From: Promethearchaeota archaeon | GTDB lineage: Archaea; Asgardarchaeota; Lokiarchaeia; Sigyniarchaeales; SOKP01 | Direction: 5' to 3' | NCBI GenBank assembly: GCA_029838195.1 | Contig: JALGVJ010000011.1 | Coordinates: 32,001-96,000, forward strand | Length of the DNA: 64,000 bases | In this document: positions 1 through 9,400 of the stretch, piece after piece | Layout: the number at the start of each line of letters is the position of its first letter | Position numbering within the stretch: the first letter of the stretch is position 1 | The notes under the pieces: generated by a model | Databases searched by the model: none | What the model saw: the letters and a program-made list of their open reading frames with translations, nothing else | What the model was told of the DNA's origin: nothing | Made by a program: the position numbers and the translations under genes

Positions 1-901
1 GTTTTATGTGGGTAAAAAATTCAGAGCACTGTGAAACAGAAAGCACGTGAAACGGCGGAGAAGGACAATATAAAAAAGGAGGTGAAATAGATTCCCAAGA
101 AGAAAAACCGTTCTTAGAAAAAAATTTATTGAATTTTTTAAATTTAGCAAGAAAAAGATTGTTCGCTTGCACGCGAGAACTCAAGAGGAGCGGATGGTAA
201 ATGAATTTTATTATTTTATCATTGAAAAAGAAAAATGGTTTATTTAAGAATTCTTTCTGAGAAATGGGAATTCGAAACTGCTCTTGAAGGAATTTAGAAA
301 CATGAGCAGAATAACGCTTTAATTCCTTTTCTAATCGTGTTTTCGCAAAAATATCTGTAGAGAGGGGAATTTTTTTTGAATCTTTTTCCCGCAAGACAAG
401 TAAAGAACCTTTTTCAATAGTAAGAGATAATTTAGATTCATTAATAATAATAGGAAAAAGAGATAAAACAGAAAACAAGGGAGAAATCGGGATGATAAGA
501 ATAACTATTATATCAATTATACTTTCTTTTAGTTCCATGAAGTTCATGGTGGGTGTTATTTTTTGTTTCAACATCTCCTTGAGGGTATATATTAGGTGTT
601 CTCGCTCTAATAATGTAAGTTTTTCTTCAGGGTTGAGTCCCATCTTCGAGAATAAGGAAATTTTTCTATCAAAACTTTTTTTTTTAGCCTTTACGTTTCG
701 TTCTTGACATTTTACATATTCATTAAGTGTTTTTTGACGTGCCCTTATTTTAATGATAAGATTTCGTGAATTCAAGAAAGCATGGTTATTATCATGATGA
801 GAATTATTATCATGATGAGAATTACTATGGGCATCTAAAATAACTTGTTTTTTGTATTCTTTATTATTATTTTCTTTTTTATTAGAAGATCGCATGTCCA
901 T
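1..901 (-). CDS. Partial hypothetical protein (>=300 aa, runs off the left edge; not in the ORF track) with a PIP-box-like motif
   Basis: ATG at 901-899 opens a stop-free frame to position 2 (MDMRSSNKKENNNKEYKKQVILDAHSNSHHDNNSHHDN...RQKTLNEYV...); T-tract promoter 20 nt upstream. Confidence 0.7.
   Translation of the reverse strand, partial: MDMRSSNKKENNNKEYKKQVILDAHSNSHHDNNSHHDNNHAFLNSRNLIIKIRARQKTLNEYVKCQERNVKAKKKSFDRKISLFSKMGLNPEEKLTLLEREHLIYTLKEMLKQKITPTMNFMELKESIIDIIVILIIPISPLFSVLSLFPIIINESKLSLTIEKGSLLVLREKDSKKIPLSTDIFAKTRLEKELKRYSAHVSKFLQEQFRIPISQKEFLNKPFFFFNDKIIKFIYHPLLLSSRVQANNLFLAKFKKFNKFFSKNGFSSWESISPPFLYCPSPPFHVLSVSQCSEFFTHIK
786..821. repeat. Tandem 18-bp repeat x2 (ttattatcatgatgagaa), in-frame duplication encoding SHHDNN on the minus strand
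   Basis: 786-803 is identical to 804-821. Confidence 0.9.
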
Positions 902-921
902 TTCCTTATTTTCTTCCCTTC

Positions 922-936
922 TATATAAAGAAAAAA
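922..936 (-). promoter_or_regulatory. T-tract/TATA promoter (T6-C-TTTATATA) for the minus-strand ORF starting at 901
   Basis: Seen directly; TATA ends 20 nt before the ATG (leaderless spacing). Confidence 0.7.
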
Positions 937-976
937 TTCAGTTGAATGAAATTCAAGAAAAAGCGCAATTTTACTA

Positions 977-991
977 TTTTTTATTTAAATA
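977..991 (+). promoter_or_regulatory. T-tract/TATA promoter (T6-A-TTTAAATA)
   Basis: 22 nt before the in-frame ATG at 1014. Confidence 0.7.
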
Positions 992-1001
992 AAACGATTG
1001 G

Positions 1002-1304
1002 ATGATATCATTAATGACCGTTTCAATACATCAAACAAAAACCTCAATTAAAAAGAGAAAAAAGTATTCTTGTCCGTATTGTCACGCCCCAATTGAAATT
1101 AATTTTAATGAAATCGAGCAATCTAAACAGAGAACAGGAGGGCTCTATACCACATGTTATTTACACGGTGATCCCTTACATGCTTTTATTCTTTACATTG
1201 ATTCTGATGGCAAGGTAAGAGGACATGAAATCATCACGAACATTTTCATTACAAAAGAATCAGAAACTCTCAATACGCTATTAAAGAAATGGGCTAAAGG
1301 ATAA
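1002..1304 (+). CDS. Small putative Zn-binding protein (CPYC...H...H); true start probably ATG 1014
   Basis: CPYC plus HGDPLH and LYIDSDGKVRG; promoter spacing favours 1014. Confidence 0.65.
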   Translation: MISLMTVSIHQTKTSIKKRKKYSCPYCHAPIEINFNEIEQSKQRTGGLYTTCYLHGDPLHAFILYIDSDGKVRGHEIITNIFITKESETLNTLLKKWAKG

Positions 1305-1405
1305 TTAATAACATGTTTTTTCATTTATTTTTTTAATTTTTAATTTACAATGAATTTATTGAATCTATTAAAATTTATAAAAGGTTAATTGAAATATCCA
1401 TTATC

Positions 1406-4015
1406 ATGACTTCCAAGCAAGATTCTTCGAAAAATTCTAAAAAACAATTAATAAAACAAGAAGCCGTTAAAAAGTATAACACAGAAACTCTTCCTTTTGA
1501 TGCAGTTTCCGATGAACCAAGGGAAACAAGAAAATCTACTTTAGAAATTGATAAATACATCTCGGATAAACGGATTTTACGTGTATTACTAGAAAACAAT
1601 ATTTTCGAATTAAGAGAAATCCAAAAAGTTGCCATCAAGCAAGGTTTATTTTTCCAAAAATCGTTTTTAATTTGTGCCCCATCCGGAAGTGGTAAAACTC
1701 TAATCGGAGAATTGTGCGCCATCCACAACATTCTCGAGGATTTCGGAAAATCCATCTATCTCGTGCCTTTCAAGGCCTTAGCAACGGAAAAATACATTCA
1801 TTTCAAAAAGAATTATTCCCGATTTAATATTAAGATAGGGCTCAGTATCGGAGACTTTGAACTAAATGAAGAAGAGCTGAAAAAATCGGACCTTATCGTT
1901 ACCACCTACGAGAAAATGGACTCCATTTTAAGAAATTTCAATGAAAAAGATTGGATTCACGAAATTTCCACCATAATAATTGATGAAATTCACATGATAG
2001 GCGAAGAGGTACGAGGGCCCCGACTTGAATCTCTCATCATCCGATTAAACGAATTTCTTTATCATCCTCAAATCATTGGCCTTTCGGCTACTATCGCAAA
2101 TCCCGAATTTTTTAATGCATGGCTAAGTTCTTTAGGAAATAAGACCACTTTAATCAAATCAGATGTTCGACCTGTACCCCTTCATTACCGCATTGAAATC
2201 TCGGGCAATAAAACGGCTACCATTCGCAAGTATATCAAGGCTATCTTGAGTCAAGAAGGGCAAGTATTAATATTCGTGAACACCCGAAAAGATTCGCAAG
2301 TGCTCGCTCAAGAATACATGAAACTAATTCCACACTTTTTAAAACCCGAAGAAAAAGAAATATGTAAAAGATTGAGCAAGAAACTCGAAAAAACGAATGG
2401 AAATAACAAGGAATTGGAACGCATGGTTTCTCACGGCATCGCCTTTCACCACGCGGGACTATTACCAAAAGAACGCAAGCTCGTAGAGGATAATTTTCGA
2501 AAACGCAATATAAAAGTCATTTGCTGCACGACCACGCTTTCTGCAGGTGTGAACACGCCGGCACGATTAGTCATCCTAAAAAAATTCAAGAAACACGTTA
2601 CTTCCGGGTATAATCTTACCAATTTTTCCGGCTATTTCGAAACGGGCGATGGCTTTTCTTTTTTCAAACCTTTTTCTGCTAATGAAGTATTCCAAATGCT
2701 CGGAAGGGCAGGACGACCAGGTTTAGATCCCCTTGGCTATGGTATTATTTTAGTTAAAAATTTAGATGAAAAGCTATGGGTGGAGGATAACTATTTTCAG
2801 CCTTTGGGTTCTGATTATATTCTTAAACCTAAATATAATGATTTAGTTTCCACGCTTAACGACGTGAGCGTGCTAACCGAACAAGTCTTACTACGGATAT
2901 ATGAAGAAAAGCGGATTTCCTTAGAAAAGCTCAAGCAATTTTTTGAACGCACCTATTTTTATCATGAATTCAAAAATAGGGCTTCACGTCAAAATATTTC
3001 CATTCCCATTGAACAGCTCCTCATGATTAAGGAAATCAAGCCTGTAAACATTTTAAAAATGTATTCCGCAAGCAAGAATTTAGTTAATATTAAAAAGAAA
3101 ATAAAAAAAATCCAATTAAATGGTGTAACCAGTAGCAAGATTAGCGGCTATCTTCAAACGCAGTACGGCGTGTTCGAATGCTCGTTTCACGTAAGCCGGG
3201 GAATCACCTGCTCGTGTGGGTTTAAAAATGGATTTTCCGATAATTTTGGAAATACAAAAAACTTATTCGAGTTTTGCGAACACGTGCTTGCATTTTTGAT
3301 ATATCTCATTGAATATCCAGATCCGAAGGTCCAAAAATATGTTGAAGACATCATTCCAAAATCACTTCGAAGGCAATACATTCTAAATTATCTTTTAGAA
3401 AAGGGATTACTCAAGAAAGACGAAAAAAACACGTTTTTTTGTACGGCCTTCGGAAAATTAGTAATTCAACTCTACATTGCTCCTTCCTCTGCAGTGTTGA
3501 TTCGGAAAAAATTGGAAAATAAAAGCATCAACACCTACATGGAACTACTAAAAGAAGCATTTAACATTTTAAAAGAAGAGGGTAAAGTGAGGAGAGATGA
3601 CTTTTTCGAACCCTTATTAGATTGGTGCGATGAAGTTCCTTTAGATGAAATTTTAGATCGATATAACATCATGGCGGGAGATTTGTTCACGCTCAGAGAA
3701 AACGTGGTTAGGAACATTATTTTCATTCAAAAAATTGCCGAATTTTTATCCCGGACTGGCACGGACTTGCGCGAATCTATGTTTAACGTGATGGAAATGG
3801 CAGAAACGCTCAGCATTCGAGTAGAACATGGCATAAAAGAAGAGCTATTCGATTTAGTACTACGCTTAAATCAAGTGGGGCGAGTTCGGGCAAGAATTTT
3901 ATTCAATGCAGGGTATAAAAATGCTTCTGAAGTAAGAAAAGAAACTCCCTACACGCTTCACATAAGAACGGGTCTGGGAATTAATCTATGTAAGGCTATA
4001 TTAAAAAGTAAATAA
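1406..4015 (+). CDS. hel308: Ski2-like DEIH-box helicase (Hel308/Hjm) with an inserted SWIM Zn finger
   Basis: APSGSGKT, DEIH, LSAT, HHAGL, TTTLSAGVN, QMLGRAGRPG; C-terminal HhH (VGRVRARILFNAGY); CSC-x19-CEH insertion. Confidence 0.9.
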   Translation: MTSKQDSSKNSKKQLIKQEAVKKYNTETLPFDAVSDEPRETRKSTLEIDKYISDKRILRVLLENNIFELREIQKVAIKQGLFFQKSFLICAPSGSGKTLIGELCAIHNILEDFGKSIYLVPFKALATEKYIHFKKNYSRFNIKIGLSIGDFELNEEELKKSDLIVTTYEKMDSILRNFNEKDWIHEISTIIIDEIHMIGEEVRGPRLESLIIRLNEFLYHPQIIGLSATIANPEFFNAWLSSLGNKTTLIKSDVRPVPLHYRIEISGNKTATIRKYIKAILSQEGQVLIFVNTRKDSQVLAQEYMKLIPHFLKPEEKEICKRLSKKLEKTNGNNKELERMVSHGIAFHHAGLLPKERKLVEDNFRKRNIKVICCTTTLSAGVNTPARLVILKKFKKHVTSGYNLTNFSGYFETGDGFSFFKPFSANEVFQMLGRAGRPGLDPLGYGIILVKNLDEKLWVEDNYFQPLGSDYILKPKYNDLVSTLNDVSVLTEQVLLRIYEEKRISLEKLKQFFERTYFYHEFKNRASRQNISIPIEQLLMIKEIKPVNILKMYSASKNLVNIKKKIKKIQLNGVTSSKISGYLQTQYGVFECSFHVSRGITCSCGFKNGFSDNFGNTKNLFEFCEHVLAFLIYLIEYPDPKVQKYVEDIIPKSLRRQYILNYLLEKGLLKKDEKNTFFCTAFGKLVIQLYIAPSSAVLIRKKLENKSINTYMELLKEAFNILKEEGKVRRDDFFEPLLDWCDEVPLDEILDRYNIMAGDLFTLRENVVRNIIFIQKIAEFLSRTGTDLRESMFNVMEMAETLSIRVEHGIKEELFDLVLRLNQVGRVRARILFNAGYKNASEVRKETPYTLHIRTGLGINLCKAILKSK

Positions 4016-4051
4016 CAAATCTAATATTATAAATCTATTAATATGATTTAA

Positions 4052-6271
4052 TTAAATCTTCTCCTTTTTCTTTTTCTTTTTATTATATTCATAAAGGTTA
4101 TGAATCATGAACAATAACTCTTGAGAATCATCAAATATGAGATAATGAATCCCATGACTCTTGCAAAAGTGTTTTATTTTTTCTTTTACGACGATTTTTT
4201 CTCCTGATACGTGTTCTGAATAATTAGTGAAATCCATCGCCCAAAAGACTAACACGTACTTTTCTTGTAAGGTTTTATTCTGGAGTAGAAGCTCATGAAA
4301 ATTCATAGTAGATGGTTTCATGATTCGAATCAAAATACGGTCAAGTAAAATGATATCTGAGCTGGAAATAGTATCATTCAATCCATATTGTATTTTTTTT
4401 CGTTGTAAATATTTGCGGAGGCCATATTGAACGGTAAATCGAGAAGAAATCAAAATTCTGGAAAATTCTTTAGAAAAACTTAAAGAAGAATTTTTTATCA
4501 CGTATCTTTCTTGATCTTTTATCTCTTGACAAGAAGAGTTCATGAAAGAAGTTAATCGTGTTTGCGTCTTTTGGATTTTATATTTTTTTTTAGAATTTAA
4601 AACGGAAGTAGTAAAAGAAATATCTTTAGAAGTCGTATCTAAAAGAAAAAGGTGCCCCGAAGGGGAGGTTTTAGGCGCATTTGATTTTAATGTTCCTTCC
4701 ATGTGTTTTAGTTTTTTTAGTGCCACCATTAAATATACCTCATCATTAGTATCTTTCGTATAGAGCATGATAACTTTCCCTTCCCTATGACGAGCAGTGC
4801 GTCCTTTTCTCTGAATTAACCGAATTTCCGATGCCACGATATCATAAAAAATAACTATATCGCATTCGGCAATGTCCAAACCCTCCTCTCCTACGTTCGT
4901 GCTTACCAATACATTATACTTTCCATCCTTGAAATCTTGAAGTATTTTAATCTGTTCTTTTTGGCTCAAACCCTTATCGGCCTTTTTAGACGCTTGCCCC
5001 ACGAACCGCTTGGGCTGAATGCTCGGAAGCGATTTCAATTTTTCCACGATATTTTTCACGGAATCTCTTAACTTCACGAATACGATCACGCGAGATTCTG
5101 GATTAATAGTGAATTGTTTGGCTAATATTTTTTTTAAAAGGATGAGCTTGGGATGTAATAACATCTCTGATTTAAATACTTGATATTTTTTTAATTCCAA
5201 GAGTAAAGCAGTAAGCTTGGGATTGCTCGCAAGATATCTTTGAGCTTTGGAACTATTACTTTTCTTGGCTTCTGATTTTAATTTTTCCAAATAGACCAAG
5301 AGAATGTCTAATCCTTGTTGTTCGACAAGGGATTCCATGTGATACAAAATTAACGCTTGAGCTATGATGGATAAGGCTACATACACGTTCTTGCTGGGAA
5401 TACCTTGCTGGGTCATGGCAACGAGTTCAGAGCGTAATTCCACGAGTTTCTTTCTATATATTTTATCCTCAATATTTTGACTGTTTTTATCACTTTTAGA
5501 GGGAGGAATTACTCCCAAGCGATCCAAATAATATAATCGCTCTTTTATTAATTCGTGTATCACGTCCAGAGCTTTTTTCATGAGATCCGTGAGAGATACT
5601 CCCATCTTAATGACATCCATGGGCTTGATATACGATTTCACGTCAGCATCCGCACGTGAGCGGTAATGGATGTTCTCTAAAGGCACGTGCAAGATTTCGC
5701 ATAAATTTTCCACACTCTCGCGGGTGGCACCAGGGGATGCCGTAAGTGCAAGAATGTTTCCCTCTGGGTTTTGGATCATGTACTCGCTTGCCAAATACAC
5801 GTACGCATAATCTCCCGTGGCGTGATGAGCTTCATCAAAAATCATCAAGCACACCTGAAATAAGCTGTATTTTTGTTTCACAATGTCGTTTCGCAAGGTC
5901 TGTGGCGTGTAAAATAATATTTGATTTTCCGAAAAAAGCAAAGGACGTTCCTTAGGAGATGTCCTTCCCGTCAATATCACGAACTTCTCGGGAGGAATGT
6001 TTAAAAATCGTAAGAAAAATTCGTGGTGTTGGTCTATTAAGGGACGAGTTGGTGCCATTAAAATGATTTTACTGTCGGGAGGATAATATTCTAAAGTTTT
6101 TGCTGCGACCAATAAAGCAATGATGGTTTTTCCCAAGCCCGTGGGAATGATCACCAATGAATTCTTGTTCACGCATTGTTCCGCAATAGAAAGCTGATAT
6201 TCTCGCTTTTCAAGAAGCTCTTCCCTTAAATATTTGAATTCCTTTAACCGCAAATCTTCACTCGTTACCAT
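4052..6271 (-). CDS. hef: Hef/FANCM-family DEAH helicase with a degenerate C-terminal ERCC4-like domain
   Basis: REYQ, PTGLGKT, DEAHH, LTASPG, RFVGQ, GEEGLDI, QRKGRTAR; C-terminal domain lacks the ERK motif; QTRLTSFM PIP-like box. Confidence 0.9.
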   Translation of the reverse strand: MVTSEDLRLKEFKYLREELLEKREYQLSIAEQCVNKNSLVIIPTGLGKTIIALLVAAKTLEYYPPDSKIILMAPTRPLIDQHHEFFLRFLNIPPEKFVILTGRTSPKERPLLFSENQILFYTPQTLRNDIVKQKYSLFQVCLMIFDEAHHATGDYAYVYLASEYMIQNPEGNILALTASPGATRESVENLCEILHVPLENIHYRSRADADVKSYIKPMDVIKMGVSLTDLMKKALDVIHELIKERLYYLDRLGVIPPSKSDKNSQNIEDKIYRKKLVELRSELVAMTQQGIPSKNVYVALSIIAQALILYHMESLVEQQGLDILLVYLEKLKSEAKKSNSSKAQRYLASNPKLTALLLELKKYQVFKSEMLLHPKLILLKKILAKQFTINPESRVIVFVKLRDSVKNIVEKLKSLPSIQPKRFVGQASKKADKGLSQKEQIKILQDFKDGKYNVLVSTNVGEEGLDIAECDIVIFYDIVASEIRLIQRKGRTARHREGKVIMLYTKDTNDEVYLMVALKKLKHMEGTLKSNAPKTSPSGHLFLLDTTSKDISFTTSVLNSKKKYKIQKTQTRLTSFMNSSCQEIKDQERYVIKNSSLSFSKEFSRILISSRFTVQYGLRKYLQRKKIQYGLNDTISSSDIILLDRILIRIMKPSTMNFHELLLQNKTLQEKYVLVFWAMDFTNYSEHVSGEKIVVKEKIKHFCKSHGIHYLIFDDSQELLFMIHNLYEYNKKKKKKEKI

Positions 6272-6295
6272 GACTATATCTTATTTTTTTCGATG

Positions 6296-6310
6296 TATAA
6301 AAATAAAAAA
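6296..6310 (-). promoter_or_regulatory. T-tract/TATA promoter variant (T6-A-TTTTTATA) for hef
   Basis: 24 nt before ATG 6271. Confidence 0.6.
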
Positions 6311-6402
6311 TCACGAAAAAATCGAAAATACAAGAAAATGATTGCATTTTAGAGAAGTAAAAAAATAGAAAAATAATAGTAAAAAAATCTATTTTATTAT
6401 AA

Positions 6403-9400
6403 TTACTCCGCACCCAATCGTTTCTTAATATACCACGAGCTAATGATAGTTAACCCCGGAGTAGACAACAACCCAATCGTTAAAGGCAACACGAAATTGG
6501 TATTTTCTAATACTTGAGGAATTCGTGGTGTTGTGGAATTTGAGGGATGATCAGTGTCATCAGGAGGAGAGGAGTCATCATTATTTCCTCCTTCTTGTCC
6601 ACCTGAAGGATCAGAATCATCTAAAGAACAATTAAACACTTGCTTTATAACGGTAATAGAAGTTTGATAGTAATTGCCCGCCGTATCGTTGGAATGAAAC
6701 GTGATGATAATTGTGGCATTTTCGTATGAATTCCACGCTTCCTTGTTAATGATTCCGCTATATTCATTGGACGTGAGATAATATCGATTCAAGCTTCCAT
6801 TGAACATATACCACGTTTCATGAACATTCCAATCTTCCACCTCAATTTTATATGAAGGCGCTTGCTCGCCGAAAATTAAATTATCTTTCGATGGCTGAAG
6901 GATCGTGATTATAGGTAGGATATTATCCTTTTGCAATCGTATGGTAGCATTAGAGCACGTGCCTGCCTTGTTTTTCACGATAAATGTTAAATCAATGCTT
7001 TCATTTCCAAACCGATTCCAGTGAGCTTGAGAAATTTGTCCTTGAACGTAATCATTCACGGAGTAATAGGGACTTTGAAGAGTAAGATGCGAGTTATTTA
7101 TCACGTACCAAAACGATTCCAAGATTTTGCCATTTAATTCAATTTCATAGCGTGGAGCTTGAATGCCGTGTAGCGACCCCTCGATAGGGGAATGAATAAT
7201 AATTGATGGATGAGAAAGCTCTTTATATAGAGTAATCACATCCGTACCATTATTTTTTTGAATGTCAGTGGCTTTAATTGTCAACGTGAGCGTACCATTT
7301 CCGAAAAAGTTCCAATCATCTTCAAAAATAGAATCATTGAATGTCCAAATCCCTTCTATCCGTTTCATTTCATTCAAGGATATCCATCGCTCTCTCTCAT
7401 GAGTGCCATTAGATAGCATTAAATACACCGCATCTAAATAGGTTTCGTTCACGTGGAAAACAAGAGAAGGTGTTTGCCAAGCATGATACGATTGATTCAG
7501 GGGGTTCTCAATCGACACCAACGGAATTTGCGTGTCATTGATAATCAACCCCAAAGAAACACTCATATCTGCCACCCAAGAGAGTGAAGCTTGAGGCACG
7601 TAAAATTTATCCCTTGTTCTATAAAATGAATGAAGCGAAGTAGAGTAGGTATTTAAAATTAAATTCCGGACCAGTGTGCTATTAAAAAACATGCCCAAAT
7701 CAAGCAATTCATTGATCTTATAAACGAGATATAACTCTTCCAGATTTGAATAAATTAGACAAGATTCTGCGTAATTCTTGATTTTTTGAGGATCAATCAA
7801 GCTTTCATTTACTAATTTCAATATGGCAAGTGATTGATAAGTCGTTTCCAGAATTTCTAAAGAATCCTCAGCTTCGGTACGATAAGTAGGCTGAAAGTAA
7901 AGTTCATCGGTAGTTTCCACCGCGTGAGAAAGAACGTAGTTTGTTAGGGCAGTCGTGTTTATATTCGTGTCAGAAATGTTTCCCAAGTTTAAATAACGAG
8001 CCAGCAAGTCCAAAGTCAATACAGAATAATAGGAATGTTCCAAGTATACATAGCTGTTTCTCAACTCGTTGGAAAGGTAAACATGAAATCCATCGGGAGA
8101 AAAGCCGCCCGTATTAGAATAGCCGGGTTCCATGAACTGACACGATTCAATATAACCCAAGATATCATTTATGGAGATCCCCGTTTCCAGTTCAAACTCA
8201 TCAAACAAGTCCAATTTGTAGAGCGTGTCAAGAGCATGATACATGGAGCGGGCGTTCACGGGAGCATTTAACTCGTGGACTCTCTCATGCGTGCCTCTCG
8301 TGTCGAATTCAAAAGGATGAGAATGATAGTATAGCTCGCCGCCGTCTATGTTCGTGAACAAGCTAAATTGATACACGTCAAACTGAGAATAATCCTTGAA
8401 GGATTGCTTGAATTGAGATAAGAGATAAGGAGCATCTAATTGGGTTAATAAGTTGTAATCATAATAATAAAATGCATTTATCAAGGAATTTAATTTCTCC
8501 AGGGTTGTATAATCGGGAGACATTAAGGAATATCCTCCATGAAACTTGAAAGATTCGAGTCCTTGAGCAATTTCATCTTTAACATCTTCAGTAAGAGAAT
8601 TCATAAAACCCGTCTCATTAATGGAACGAATAATCTGGTAAGTGTAAATGATTTCGTGATAAGGTATTTCCGTGGATTTATCCCAAATTCCCATGCTGTT
8701 TCGATGCGAGAGGAGGTAATTCGTGATTTCCGTGCTATTAATGTTCGGATTGTTGGCAAGACTGCCGAGATCCAATCCAAGAGCAGTTGCCACGAGATTG
8801 CAGTAATCCATATTAAAGTATTGTGAATGTGGGGCAATGACAAAGTAATCTTCTTGAGCATTGTATAAATAATCTAAATAAGAATTGAAATTAACCATGT
8901 TTATTTGATCCAAGCTATTTAGCAATTCTAACGATTTCACGCAATAATAAGAGGCTAATAAATTGGTTTCTTTAATAACAAGAGAATTGAACGAGGAATC
9001 CAAATCGTTGTAAAAGCCTCCTAAATGAATGCCCGCAACTGTTTCTTGTAAGCTTGCTAACCAAGAAATCAGTTCATTCTTCTCTTGAGCATGCGTGCTC
9101 CAATCCTCTCCTAATAAAAGCAGTGTTTTAATAGCAAAATAAGTGTTATCAGCGGTAGGCAAGGCTAGCTCTCCCGTGAGCGTGTCATCATAAGGTTGCC
9201 CGAGAAAACCGTGCTTTAATGGATGATAACAGCTCCAAATAAAATCAATAATGTTTTGTACATTAATCTGGTCCAATTCATTGAAAATACCAAGAGATAA
9301 AGTGGCATGGCAATTTATTTCCAAGTAAGAAGTCAATGGTGGGGGATCATCTTTAGCTAAATCAGTATCCAAATATCTATCGGAATAAGAATCCGAGAAA

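Noticed and set aside
492-707. 71-aa plus-strand ORF (and similar short antisense ORFs, e.g. 1375-1755, 8035-8861, 48550-48930, 49678-49953, 63523-63756)
   Set aside because: They overlap longer, motif-supported genes on the opposite strand or in another frame and show no recognisable features
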